Shown here one piece after another: positions 27,325 through 36,815 of a stretch of DNA of 64,000 nt (positions are counted from its first letter, which is position 1; every line of letters starts with the position of its first letter). The position numbers and the translations under genes are program-made. The stretch spans positions 140 through 64,139 of the forward strand of contig JBOHUL010000021.1 of the NCBI GenBank assembly GCA_050734425.1, in the 5' to 3' direction. This DNA comes from Candidatus Dormibacteria bacterium. Lineage in GTDB: Bacteria > Chloroflexota > Dormibacteria > Aeolococcales > Bog-877. Under the pieces are notes generated by a model, which did no database searches, was not told the origin of the DNA, and was given only the letters and a program-made list of their open reading frames with translations.

Positions 27325-27693
27325 ATGGCCTTCAAGCGCGCCAGCCTCAGCGGCTCAGCCCAGCTCTTCCAACCGACCCGGGTGCCCACCAACCGCCGCC
27401 GCGACGCGCCCCCGGAGCCGGTGGCGCTGCGCGCCCGCACCGCGGTGTCGCCACTGCTCAGCGACAGCGACACCGAGCCGGTGCAAGCGCCGGTCCTGGG
27501 AACGGAGCCGGGCGCCGACCACGGCCATCTCTACCGCCTGACCGACGAGGACGTGGAGATGGTGCTGGCGGCGCTGCAGCACGCCAAGTTCCCCCACTCC
27601 TACCAGCGCATGCCCAAGCCGGCGATGGAGGAGTTCGAGTCGCTGGAAGAGCTGCGGCAGAAGTTCCAGGAGCAGCGCGAGGTGCGGGGCTGA
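27325..27693 (+). CDS. Hypothetical small protein immediately downstream of parA (possible ParA partner)
   Basis: The ATG lies 2 nt after the parA stop. 122 aa with a basic N-terminus (MAFKRASLSG...NRRRD), a probably disordered middle and a helical C-terminus (DEDVEMVLAALQHAKF...). It was not listed as its own ORF because it is the tail of track ORF 27001..27693. Confidence 0.45.
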   Translation: MAFKRASLSGSAQLFQPTRVPTNRRRDAPPEPVALRARTAVSPLLSDSDTEPVQAPVLGTEPGADHGHLYRLTDEDVEMVLAALQHAKFPHSYQRMPKPAMEEFESLEELRQKFQEQREVRG

Positions 27694-27740
27694 AGCAGGA
27701 GCCTCCCCCCCGGCCCCGGCTGCAGATCGCCCGAGTCAGG

Positions 27741-28307
27741 GTGCAAGGGACTGAGGAGTCCAACTGCTACGTAGTCGCCTGCGCCCGGAGCAAGGAGGCG
27801 GTCGTGATCGACCCCGGGGCGGACGCGGCCAAGATCGTGGCTCAGTGCCAGGGGCTCAAGCTGCGCCACCTCTGCTGCACCCACGGTCACCGCAACCACG
27901 CCGGGGCCAAGGAGGAGGTCAAGGCCCAAGTGGGCGGAGAGACAGCGCTCAGCCTGCTCGACGCCAAGACCTTCCTACGCTCGGCGGACCACTACCTCAA
28001 CGACGGCGACCGGCTCCCCTTCGGTGACTTCGAGCTGGAGGTACTGGCCACCCCCGGCCACAGCGAGGGGTCGCTCAGCTTCAAGGTGGGCAACCACGTA
28101 TTCACCGGCGACACCCTGCTCAAGGGGAACCTGGGGCGCACCGACCTGCCCGACATCGACCTGCAGCGCCAGCTGATGTCGGTGCTCACCAAGCTGCTCG
28201 CTTTCCCCGAGAACACGGTCCTCTATCCCGGGCACGGCGGCACCACCACAGTGGGACAGGAGCGGCGGGAGAACGTGGCGGTGCAAATGCTGCGGCAGGT
28301 GGGCTGA
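27741..28307 (+). CDS. MBL-fold hydrolase (glyoxalase II-like) with a variant metal motif
   Basis: NCYVVAC...VIDPG, THGHRNH in place of HxHxDH, TPGHSEGS and LYPGHG. The N-terminus probably extends upstream (see findings). Confidence 0.8.
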   Translation: MQGTEESNCYVVACARSKEAVVIDPGADAAKIVAQCQGLKLRHLCCTHGHRNHAGAKEEVKAQVGGETALSLLDAKTFLRSADHYLNDGDRLPFGDFELEVLATPGHSEGSLSFKVGNHVFTGDTLLKGNLGRTDLPDIDLQRQLMSVLTKLLAFPENTVLYPGHGGTTTVGQERRENVAVQMLRQVG

Positions 28308-28532
28308 GCCCGGGCCTGCTCGGCGCTTTGGGCCCGCCTGTGGCCCCCAGCGGTACCGGGAGCCGGCCCTGATGGGGTCGCTGCCGCCGCTCCCTGCTGA
28401 AGCGGTCGCACCCTCCCGGCCGGTAGCGCGGATGGGTCACGGGCGGCGCGCCGCGGCCTGACCCGGCGGCCCGTCCCCGGTCGCGGGGAGAGCCGGCCCC
28501 CGGCCGCATCTGAGAGGAGCACGATTCCGTCC

Positions 28533-29360
28533 GTGGCCATCGTATTGAGCTTGCTCGCCGCCTTGGGCTACGGCTCGTCCGACTACCTGGCCGGACTCGG
28601 GGGCCGACGTGGCGCCGCCAGCGTGGTGGCGCTGCTGGTGCAGCCCTTCGGTCTGCTGGCCGCGGTGGTCGGGCTCTTCGTGCTCCCCAGCGCTCCGCCG
28701 GATCTGGGGCAACTGGGTTGGGGCGCCCTGAGCGGGGTCGGGAGCGGCCTCGGGGCCGTGGCGCTCTACCGCGGGCTGGGCAGGGGGCAGATGGCCGTGG
28801 TGGCACCGGTATCCGGGGTCCTAACCGCACTCTTGCCGGCCGCGGTTGGCCTGGTCCTGGGCAACCGCCCGGGATCGCTGGCTCTTCTGGGGATCGGCCT
28901 GGCGCTGCCGGCGGTGGCATTGATCTCCTGGAAGAAAGGAGCAGACTCAGCCACCCGATCCGGCTTCCTGGAGGGAGTGGCGGCGGGAGCCTGCTTCGCC
29001 CTGCTCTTCATCGCCCTGGACCGGGCGGGGACCGCCGCCGGGACCTGGCCCCTGGTCCCGGGACAGTCCCTGGCGGTCCTGCTGATCGGCGCCCAAGCCC
29101 TGAGGTCGGGGAACATCCGCCGCGACTCCCGGCGAGTGGTCGGACTGGCCGTCCCGGCAGGGATCCTCGGCGGGATTGGCAACGTCCTCTTTCTCAGCGC
29201 CACCGGACGGGGCATGCTGGCGGTGGTGGCGGTGATCAGCTCGCTGTACCCCGCCATGACGATCGTCCTGGCCCGCCTGATGCTCGGGGAGCGCTGGAGC
29301 CGCCTGCAGAAGCTGGGCCTGGCCGTCGCGGCAGTGGCCGTGGCTTTGATCAGTTTGTGA
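28533..29360 (+). CDS. EamA-like/DMT transporter
   Basis: MAIVLSLLAALGYGSSDYLAG... 275 aa and uniformly hydrophobic with about 9-10 TM segments. Confidence 0.75.
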   Translation: MAIVLSLLAALGYGSSDYLAGLGGRRGAASVVALLVQPFGLLAAVVGLFVLPSAPPDLGQLGWGALSGVGSGLGAVALYRGLGRGQMAVVAPVSGVLTALLPAAVGLVLGNRPGSLALLGIGLALPAVALISWKKGADSATRSGFLEGVAAGACFALLFIALDRAGTAAGTWPLVPGQSLAVLLIGAQALRSGNIRRDSRRVVGLAVPAGILGGIGNVLFLSATGRGMLAVVAVISSLYPAMTIVLARLMLGERWSRLQKLGLAVAAVAVALISL

Positions 29361-29562
29361 GCCGCATGGCACTCGCCATTGCGGCACATTGCCGGCCGAT
29401 GCCCGCTGGCGTTGTGAGGCGTGCAAACTAGCGTCGAGCGGGCACTGGAGGGTGCCCACCAGGCTCCCTGGTCGATCGCGCAGTGGGAGACCTGGCGGCG
29501 GTAGTGCTCACCGATTGAGGACAGCAGACGCTCCCCTCTGGTCATGCCTACCCCGGCCAGGC

Positions 29563-30519
29563 TCACTGGAGCTGCACGCCGTCCCACCGCAGACCATGAC
29601 TCACCAAGTAGCCCAGGGCGATTCCCGCTGCAGGCCCCAGCACCCAGCCCCGGACGATGCCCCGCACCATCGCAGCCCGCACGGTGTTCCGACCCCGGGC
29701 CAGCCCGGCTCCGGCCATGGCGCCGATCAGTGCCTGGTTCATCGAGGTGAAGAGACCCAGGCTCACCGCCACCAGGACCACGATCGCTTGCACCCCTTGG
29801 GCGGCCGTCGCCATCGCCGGGTCGAGCCGAACCACATCGAAGGCCACCCGCTGCAGCAGGGGTCTGCCCCAGGTGAGCACCCCTAGAGCCAACCCCACTC
29901 CCCCCAGCGCTCCGGCCGCCAGCGGGGAGAGTGCGCCCGCGCCGACCAGGGGGCCGGCGGCGTTGACCACGTCGTTTCCTCCCATGGCGAATGACGCAAC
30001 ACATCCGACGATCACCAGTGGCAGGCCGAGCCAGCGGGGAGCAGACGAGGCCATGAGGAGGTGCGGCACCATGTCCAGCAGCCGGGTGAAGCCGAACCCG
30101 AGACAGGCCGCCACCAGGGGCGCCAGCAGCCACACCCCCGCCAGCAGCCCCACCACCTGCCAGTGAACCCCAACGCCCACCCCGAGAGCCGTGCCCAGCA
30201 GGGAGAAGATCAGAATTTGGATGGTGCTGGTGGGGACCCTGGCCCAGTTGTAGAGGGTGGTCAGGGTAAACGCGACCGCCACCACGACGACCTCAGACCC
30301 GGTCCCAAGGTCACCAGTGGTTAGACCGTGGGCGACCGTGCCCTGGGCGGCATGGCTGGCGAAGGTCGCCCCCAGGAGGCAGAGAGGGGCCATGAGCAGA
30401 AGCGCGCTCCTGGCGCTGAGCACCCCCAGCGCGCGGGGCATCCCCATGCACGCACCCGTGTAGTGGGCGCCCATGCTCCAGGCGAAGGCCACCGCCAGGA
30501 GGATCAGCAGGGGTGTCAA
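29563..30519 (-). CDS. PiT (PHO4)-family inorganic phosphate transporter-like protein
   Basis: The second-half signature FAMGGNDVVNAAGPLVG matches the GANDVANA motif. The first-half copy is degenerate (WSMGAHYTGACMG). 318 aa polytopic. Confidence 0.6.
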   Translation of the reverse strand: MTPLLILLAVAFAWSMGAHYTGACMGMPRALGVLSARSALLLMAPLCLLGATFASHAAQGTVAHGLTTGDLGTGSEVVVVAVAFTLTTLYNWARVPTSTIQILIFSLLGTALGVGVGVHWQVVGLLAGVWLLAPLVAACLGFGFTRLLDMVPHLLMASSAPRWLGLPLVIVGCVASFAMGGNDVVNAAGPLVGAGALSPLAAGALGGVGLALGVLTWGRPLLQRVAFDVVRLDPAMATAAQGVQAIVVLVAVSLGLFTSMNQALIGAMAGAGLARGRNTVRAAMVRGIVRGWVLGPAAGIALGYLVSHGLRWDGVQLQ

Positions 30520-31280
30520 GCTGACCCCGAACCCACCTCCAGCCGGCCCTGGGCCACCAGGTTGGCGAGGTCCGGGTCGCCGCGAGCGTGCTCCCTCAAG
30601 TCACCGTTGCGCCGGAATGCCTCGCCGAGCGTCCTGATCCCCAGTGCCGACCGACCACAGTTCACCTGGGCGCACCCGAGACTGTAGAGGGCCATCCCCA
30701 GAGCGGGGGCCGGCGCCTGGAGGTTGCGGGCCACCGCCACCGCTCGGCGATGAAGTGCCAGCGCCCGCCGCCCTTGGTGGTGCGCGAGATAGTAGTCACC
30801 CACGTGTGCGGTCGGGTGCCAGAAGCCTCGCACCACCACCTGGAGCCAAAGCTGCCGACCACGCAACCAGGCGTGGCGGGAGGGATCGAGCAGGTCACTC
30901 TCCGAGACCTCCAGCAGCCCATCGGTGAGCGCCTCCGTCGTGTCGCGGCTGGCGCGCAGGGCGACGGCCATCCCCCCACTGCAGTAGCGGCGATAGACAG
31001 CGTCGGCGCGGTGGTCGATTCTGGGGAAGTCCTGGGGTCTCCGCCCCCGACAGACTGCGTGGAGACGCGTCACCTGCTCTTCGCGGAACTCCGCGTTGTG
31101 AGCCACCGTGGGCACGGCCGCCCAGCGACCAGGTTCCCCCACCTCGCTCTCGGCGGACGCTTGCGTCAGCAGCATCTCCTCAGCGCCGGCTGCGAACCAG
31201 ATCAGGCCGACTACGGCCACCCTGAGCGCCGTGGCGTCGGGGTCGCCCCCCCCGAGAGACCCGTCAGCCCGCTGGCTCAT
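30516..31280 (-). CDS. Hypothetical protein (possibly a DinB/ClbS-like helical bundle plus a TPR-like C-terminus)
   Basis: 254-aa ORF whose stop overlaps the PiT start by 4 nt. I could not assign a family with confidence. Confidence 0.5.
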   Translation of the reverse strand: MSQRADGSLGGGDPDATALRVAVVGLIWFAAGAEEMLLTQASAESEVGEPGRWAAVPTVAHNAEFREEQVTRLHAVCRGRRPQDFPRIDHRADAVYRRYCSGGMAVALRASRDTTEALTDGLLEVSESDLLDPSRHAWLRGRQLWLQVVVRGFWHPTAHVGDYYLAHHQGRRALALHRRAVAVARNLQAPAPALGMALYSLGCAQVNCGRSALGIRTLGEAFRRNGDLREHARGDPDLANLVAQGRLEVGSGSA

Positions 31281-31896
31281 CGACGCGGTCCTGATCGGTG
31301 GTGGCCAAGGCCGCAGACGCTGGCCGCGAGGCGCGACCCGGCTTGCGGGCGCTGAACACGAGATCGGGGTCGACCAGCAGCATGATCTGGGTGAACCCCA
31401 GGGACTGGAGCATGACCAAGAGCCGGGCGGGGTCTACTGGGTTGTAGGTGTCGCCACTGTGGAACTGGTGCAGGCCGGCGCTGGCGAGACTGTCGCAGCC
31501 GAGCAGGGCCCCGCCCGGCCTGAGCACTCGGTACGCCTCCTTCAGGGTCGCCAATTGCCTCGCGGTCGTGGGGAGGTGGTGCAGCATGGTGAACGCGCCT
31601 ACCGAGTCGAACGATGATCGTGGAAGCCCGGTCTTGGAGCAGTCACCGACCACGACCCGGACGTTGGTGCCTGAATACTCAGCCGCGAGTCGCTCAGCCG
31701 CCGCCCCGTCGATCTCGACTGCGGTCAGCGACCTGACCCGCCGGCAGAGCCAGGCGGTCGCGGCGCCGGGACCGGGTCCCAATTCCAGCATCTCGTCGCC
31801 CAAAGGAACCCGGGCGGCGAGCGGTTCCAGCACCTCGGACTGCAGTCCCTCTGCCCAGCGCCGGCTGGAGCAGAGTCGGAGATGGCTCGTGTTCAT
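31264..31896 (-). CDS. Class I SAM-dependent methyltransferase
   Basis: Motif I MLELGPGPGAAT, and a post-I/II region (VVGDCS, LRPGGALLGCD). The start is set at ATG 31896. Confidence 0.8.
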   Translation of the reverse strand: MNTSHLRLCSSRRWAEGLQSEVLEPLAARVPLGDEMLELGPGPGAATAWLCRRVRSLTAVEIDGAAAERLAAEYSGTNVRVVVGDCSKTGLPRSSFDSVGAFTMLHHLPTTARQLATLKEAYRVLRPGGALLGCDSLASAGLHQFHSGDTYNPVDPARLLVMLQSLGFTQIMLLVDPDLVFSARKPGRASRPASAALATTDQDRVDEPAG

Positions 31897-31951
31897 AGCT
31901 GCGACGATATGCGGCCCAAAGACTCGCGCCAAGCGCGTAGCCTGACATCCA

Positions 31952-32722
31952 ATGTCGCAGGACAGACAGAGTGAGTGCTGGTCCAGCGCCGGTGCTGGCG
32001 TGATCGTGGTTGACTTCCCGATGGAGTCTGGAGACCGCTTCGAGTGGCACTCCCACACCGACCATCAGCTGGCCTGGGGTCCCAGGGGGGTTCTGATCGT
32101 ATCCACCGACCCCAAGACCTACGTGCTGCCCCCAAGCCGAGGCCTCTGGATCCCCGCAGGCGTCGGCCACGAGACCGGGGCGTCGGGAGCCGCCACCCTG
32201 CGCTCTTTGTACCTCCGACCGGGGATGTGCCCGATCCCCTGGCGGCAGGCGACTCCGGTCGCGGTCGGTGCCCTGGTCGCCGAACTCATCGGTTACCTCG
32301 ACGACGCCAGCCTGGCACAGGCCCCGCGGGTCCGGGCGGAGTCGGTCCTCTACGACCTCCTGACTCCGGTGGCAACCTCCGCGATCGAGGTCCGAATGCC
32401 ACCGGATCCCCGGGCCCGCAGGGTGGCCGAGGGTCTGGTGGCCGATCCCTCGGACCAGCGCCGACTTGCCGCCTGGGGTCGGTCGGCGGGAGCCAGCGAG
32501 CGGACCCTGGCCCGCGCCTTCCTCACCGGCACCGGGCTGCCCTTCGCGCGCTGGCGACGACTGGTCCGGATCCAGGCCTCCCTCCCCCATCTGGCCCACG
32601 GCCGGACGGTGGCGGCGGCCGCCGCCCTGGTCGGCTACGAGACCCCGAGCGCTTTCGTCGCCGCCTTTCGCCGTGAGACCGGGCTCACCCCTGGGGCCTA
32701 CTTCAGGTCACCGGGGCCGTGA
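31952..32722 (+). CDS. AraC-family transcriptional regulator with an N-terminal cupin
   Basis: FEWHSHTDHQLAWG (cupin) and a C-terminal HTH (AAALVGYETPSAFVAAFRRETGLTPGAYF). It is divergent from the methyltransferase. Confidence 0.85.
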   Translation: MSQDRQSECWSSAGAGVIVVDFPMESGDRFEWHSHTDHQLAWGPRGVLIVSTDPKTYVLPPSRGLWIPAGVGHETGASGAATLRSLYLRPGMCPIPWRQATPVAVGALVAELIGYLDDASLAQAPRVRAESVLYDLLTPVATSAIEVRMPPDPRARRVAEGLVADPSDQRRLAAWGRSAGASERTLARAFLTGTGLPFARWRRLVRIQASLPHLAHGRTVAAAAALVGYETPSAFVAAFRRETGLTPGAYFRSPGP

Positions 32723-32876
32723 CCGCGCCCGCATTCGGGACGCCACCGCTCCGCGCGCCGCTGTGGACGAGGCCGTAGCTGGCGCCAAACGCGCCCTGAC
32801 AAGTACGTCCGCCCAACCGCCCGGGCCGTCACCGGGCTCGGCGGCGGCTCCAGAACGCCCACGTAGACTTGGCTCA

Positions 32877-33173
32877 GTGGTCATTGGCAGCTTGGTCCTC
32901 ACCCTGCACCTGCCCCAGAGCCAGTCGCTCAAGGCCAAGCGCCAGGTGGTGAGCTCCCTGACCCACCGGGTCCGACGCACCTTCAACGTGGCCGTGGCCG
33001 AGGTTGACAGCCTCGATGCCTGGCAGCTGGCGGTGATCGGCGTCGCCTGTGTCAGCAACGACCGTCGCCACGCCGACCAGATGCTCCAGAAGGTGGCCGA
33101 CTGGGTCGCCGAGGATGGGGGCAAGGGGGAGGCGCTGCTCACCCGCCAGGACATCGAGCTGATCCAGGCATGA
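32877..33173 (+). CDS. DUF503 (YlxP-like) protein
   Basis: VVIGSLVLTLHLPQSQSLKAKRQVVSSLTHRVRRTFNVAVAEVDSLDAWQ... is the characteristic DUF503 opening. GTG start. The stop overlaps the lgt start as ATGA. Confidence 0.75.
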   Translation: MVIGSLVLTLHLPQSQSLKAKRQVVSSLTHRVRRTFNVAVAEVDSLDAWQLAVIGVACVSNDRRHADQMLQKVADWVAEDGGKGEALLTRQDIELIQA

Positions 33174-34015
33174 GCCCGAGTCTGGGCGTCATCCAGATCG
33201 GACTGGACCCCGTCTTCCACCTGGGACCGCTGAGCATCCACTGGTATGGGGTCGGCTACGCGGTCGCGATCCTGGTCGGGCTCTGGGTGGCCCTGCCCTA
33301 CGCCGAGCGCCACGGCGTCCCCCGCGCCCTCACCGGCCGGATCGCCTTCTGGACCATCGTCCTGGGACTGATCGGAGGCCGGCTCTTCTACGACCTCCAG
33401 TCCGGCGCCGCCTACTACATAACCCACCCGCTCGAGATCTTCGCCGTCTGGCAGGGGGGCATGGCGTTCTTCGGGGCCATCTTCCTGGGTGGGGCCACGC
33501 TCCTGTTCATGGCCTGGCGGGAGCGGGTCAACTTCTGGGTTCTGCTCGACGCCGGGGTCTTCTTCGCCGCGGTGGGCCAGCCCATCGGCAGGATCGGCAA
33601 CATCATCAACGGCGACATCCTGGGCTACCCCTCCAACCTGCCCTGGGCCACCGCCTACACCAACCCCCACACCTTCGCTCCCCGCCTCGGAGTCGCCTAC
33701 CAGCCCGCCGCCGCCTACGAGGCGCTGGTCATCCTCCTGGTTCTCTGCTTTCTCATCTGGCTCCGCCATCGGGGGGTGGCCGATGGGGTGGTGGGGATCG
33801 CCTACGTCATCCTCTACCCCCTGACCCAGATCGGAATCTTCTACTTGCGCAACCCGGTCAACGTTCCGGTGATCGCCTTCGGCCTGAAGCAGGCCCAGCT
33901 CACCGCCATCGGGGTGCTCGTGATCGGGGTGCCGCTGTTGATCCTGGCCTGGCGCCACAGCCACCGCCACACCGGCCTGGCCAGCCCGCCGGCACGGGAG
34001 CTGCCCTCGGCTTGA
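33170..34015 (+). CDS. lgt: Prolipoprotein diacylglyceryl transferase
   Basis: LSIHWYGVGYAVAILVG, GGRLFY, GRIGNIINGDILG. 281 aa. Confidence 0.9.
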   Translation: MSPSLGVIQIGLDPVFHLGPLSIHWYGVGYAVAILVGLWVALPYAERHGVPRALTGRIAFWTIVLGLIGGRLFYDLQSGAAYYITHPLEIFAVWQGGMAFFGAIFLGGATLLFMAWRERVNFWVLLDAGVFFAAVGQPIGRIGNIINGDILGYPSNLPWATAYTNPHTFAPRLGVAYQPAAAYEALVILLVLCFLIWLRHRGVADGVVGIAYVILYPLTQIGIFYLRNPVNVPVIAFGLKQAQLTAIGVLVIGVPLLILAWRHSHRHTGLASPPARELPSA

Positions 34016-36408
34016 GAGCGGAGGCGCCAGCGGGGCTGGACCAGTTCCGAGCCACCCTCCCATTCGCACTGGACCCGTTCCAGGAGGAGGCCATCTCGGC
34101 CCTGGAGCGACACCGGGGGGTGCTGGTCAGCGCCCCCACCTCCAGCGGCAAGACGGTGGTGGCGGAGTGGGTCATCTGGCGGGCGCTGGCGCAGAGCGGC
34201 GGCCGGGTGCTCTACACCTCGCCGCTCAAGGCCCTCTCCAACCAGAAGTACGGCGACCTCTGCCGACGCCACGGCGAGGCCCAAGTCGGGCTCGTGACCG
34301 GAGAGACCTCGATCAGGCCCCGGGCCAAGGTGGTGGTCATGACCACCGAGATCCTGCGCAACCTGATCTACGACGACCCCAAGTCGCTGGAGGAGGTGGC
34401 CTTCGTCGTCCTGGACGAGATCCACTACATCGACGAGTACCCGAGGGGCACCGTCTGGGAGGAGGTGATCACCCAGGCCCCAGGGCACATCCGCTTCATC
34501 GGGCTCTCGGCCACCATCACCAACGTCGAGGAGGTCGCCGCCTGGATGAGCGAGCGCCGGGGCGACACGGCGGTGGTGGTGCGCCATGAGCGGCCGGTGG
34601 AGCTGCGCAGCTGGCTCGGCATGCGCAACCAGCTGCTGCCGCTGCTGAACCGGCAGGGCCACCTCGACCGCCGCACCCTGGAGCAGGCCCAGCAGGAGCG
34701 GGAGGGCGACCGCCCCGGCCGGGCCCGCCGCCTGGCGTGGGCCTCGGAGAACGACCTGTTGCGGGTCCTGGACCGACTGGCGGAGCAGGACATGCTCCCC
34801 GCCATCTACTTCATCTTCTCGCGCCGCGGCTGCCGCGAGGCCCTGGCCCGCTGCCAGACCCACCGGGTGGACTTCACCTCCTTGGAGCAGAAGTTCGAGA
34901 TCGATGAGGTCCTCACCGAACGCCTGGGCGCGGTGCTGGACCGCGAGGAGGCCGAGCTCTACGCCCGCTCTCTCTCCATGGACCTGCTCCGCCGCGGCAT
35001 CGCCATGCACCACGCCGGGCTCCTCCCCTACGTCAAGGAGACGGTCGAGGAGCTGTTCCAGCGCGGGCTCTTGCGGGTCGTCTTCGCCACCGAGACCCTG
35101 GCTTTGGGGCTGAACATGCCCGCTCGCACCTGTGTCATATCCACCTTCACCAAGTTCGATGGGCACGACTTCGCGCCGCTGCGCAGCGGCCAGCTGACCC
35201 AGCTCCTGGGCCGGGCCGGGCGCCGGGGCATCGATGAGATCGGCCACGGGGTCATCCTCCGCGACCCCGAGGTCGACCTGGGAGTGGTCTGCGAGACCCT
35301 CCTCGGCAACGACATGGCGGTCGAGTCCAAGTTCGCTCCCACATACAACATGACCCTGAACCTGCTCCGCCGCCACACCCCGGAGGAGGCGGAGCTGCTG
35401 CTGGAGCAGTCCTTCGGCCAGTTCCAGCGGCTGCAGGCACTGAAGAACTTGGCCCAGCGCCGCCCCAATCTCGAGGCTCGCCTGGAGGACCTGCGCCAGC
35501 GCCGCTTCCGCCATCCCCGCGTCGCCTGCAGCGAGCGCACCCTGACCCAGTTCCTCGGAGCCGGCCGGGCTCTGGCGGAGGCGCGGGAGCAGGCGCGGCT
35601 CCTGCGCCGGCAGCACTTCCGCGACCGGCGCCAGGGCCGGTTCGGCCAGGATGCCCGGGATCCGGCGGGGAAGCTGGAGCGATTTCGGCGCCAGCTCCGC
35701 CTGGAGGAGGCCCGCCTGGCCCAGTCCCCCTGCCCCCAGTGCCCGATCCGTCCCGACCACGAGGCCTGCCGCAGGGAGATGGCGGAGATCCAGGGGGCGC
35801 TCCAGGGAGAGGCCGGGGAGGCCGAGTCCCGCAGGCACGAGTACCGGCGCCAGCTCCGTGCCTATCGCTCGGTTTTGCAGGAGCTCGGCTACCTGGTCCA
35901 GGACCGCCCCAGCCGCCTCGGGCTGTTGGCGGCGGCGGTCTACGGCGAGAACACCCTCCTGGTTTCCCGCGCCGTCGCCGAGGGCTGGCTCTCGGGCATG
36001 GGCCCGGCCGAACTCTGCGCCACCTTGGTGATGCTGGCCGGCGAGGACCGCAATCCCAACCGGGCACCGGCCCGGCGGCGGCTTCCGACCCCGAGGTTGG
36101 AGCGGGTGGCTCGGAGCCTGCGCCGGGCCCAGGGGGAGCTGGCCGAGCTCGAAGGCCGCTTCGGGCTGGCCGAGAGCCGGGGGCCCTCTCTGGACCACGT
36201 CGGCTTCGCGTACCAATGGTCGTCCGGCGTCCCTTTGACCGAGCTGCAGCCACCCCCGGGGGTCGACCCCGGCGACGCGCTGCGGGCCACCAAGGCCTGC
36301 TACGCCCTGGCGCGGCAACTGGAGCAGGGACTCGGCGGTTGGTCCGAGCAGGCCTCGATCGCCGAGGCTCGCCGAAGCCTGGAGCGGGACCTGATCCGGC
36401 GCCTTTAG
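34012..36408 (+). CDS. helY: Ski2-like DEAD/DEAH-box helicase (HelY-type)
   Basis: FALDPFQEEAI, motif I SAPTSSGKT, motif II VLDEIHY, LSATI, and HHAGLLP..VFATETLALGLNMPART. 798 aa. The TTG start overlaps the lgt stop. Confidence 0.85.
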   Translation: MRAEAPAGLDQFRATLPFALDPFQEEAISALERHRGVLVSAPTSSGKTVVAEWVIWRALAQSGGRVLYTSPLKALSNQKYGDLCRRHGEAQVGLVTGETSIRPRAKVVVMTTEILRNLIYDDPKSLEEVAFVVLDEIHYIDEYPRGTVWEEVITQAPGHIRFIGLSATITNVEEVAAWMSERRGDTAVVVRHERPVELRSWLGMRNQLLPLLNRQGHLDRRTLEQAQQEREGDRPGRARRLAWASENDLLRVLDRLAEQDMLPAIYFIFSRRGCREALARCQTHRVDFTSLEQKFEIDEVLTERLGAVLDREEAELYARSLSMDLLRRGIAMHHAGLLPYVKETVEELFQRGLLRVVFATETLALGLNMPARTCVISTFTKFDGHDFAPLRSGQLTQLLGRAGRRGIDEIGHGVILRDPEVDLGVVCETLLGNDMAVESKFAPTYNMTLNLLRRHTPEEAELLLEQSFGQFQRLQALKNLAQRRPNLEARLEDLRQRRFRHPRVACSERTLTQFLGAGRALAEAREQARLLRRQHFRDRRQGRFGQDARDPAGKLERFRRQLRLEEARLAQSPCPQCPIRPDHEACRREMAEIQGALQGEAGEAESRRHEYRRQLRAYRSVLQELGYLVQDRPSRLGLLAAAVYGENTLLVSRAVAEGWLSGMGPAELCATLVMLAGEDRNPNRAPARRRLPTPRLERVARSLRRAQGELAELEGRFGLAESRGPSLDHVGFAYQWSSGVPLTELQPPPGVDPGDALRATKACYALARQLEQGLGGWSEQASIAEARRSLERDLIRRL

Positions 36409-36815
36409 GCCAGAGGCTCAGTTGCGACGGGCGTCGAGGCACGCATGGCCTGTCGCCCACTCCGCTCGCCGTGTCCGGCGCGCCGAAGACGACGTTGCCG
36501 TGTCAAGCAGCGTGGGCGCGCGTCGGCGCAAGTCCTGGGGCACCGTCTGGTTTGCGCCACGACGCAGACCTTGACCCATTGGATGTTGAGTTCGGCGGTG
36601 CCCTTGCTGGACAATGGATTGCAGGATCCCCACCGGTTCGGTCTCACGCTGATTCGTGGCGGGGTTTACGACGAGCCGCTGGCCGCTGGCACCTGCCGAC
36701 CCTGGGACGCGGCCCTAGACGGCAAAGTTTTGGGAGGAGCCAAGCGCTATTCGCGCGCCCCGGCCAGGAGTGCTTGCCGGCGGGTGGAAGCGAGAGGAAG
36801 GTGAGGAGTGGTCAT

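Noticed and set aside
29361-29562. A short minus-strand ORF downstream of the PiT gene (MTRGERLLSSIGEHYRRQVSH...), considered as a possible PhoU/DUF47 partner.
   Set aside because: It runs into and overlaps the convergent EamA gene. It has no resemblance to DUF47 beyond its position, and it sits downstream rather than upstream of PiT.
33841-36318. An 825-aa ORF antisense to the helicase gene. Similar long antisense or out-of-frame ORFs occur at 52637..54694, 7033..8148, 5699..7036, 21033..22094, 35252..36460, 28766..30133, 32708..34069 and 54698..55972.
   Set aside because: Their translations are low-complexity and rich in Arg, Pro, Gly and Ala, with no motifs. Each lies opposite or out of frame to a gene with unmistakable homology. 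Long stop-free shadow frames are expected at this GC content.
36409-36815. A 400-nt gap between the helicase and the carbonic anhydrase, containing a 119-aa ORF (36445..36804).
   Set aside because: The ORF translation is Arg/Cys/Ala-rich with no motif or Shine-Dalgarno. I see no repeat or hairpin strong enough to call. It may simply be the promoter and leader region of the CA gene.
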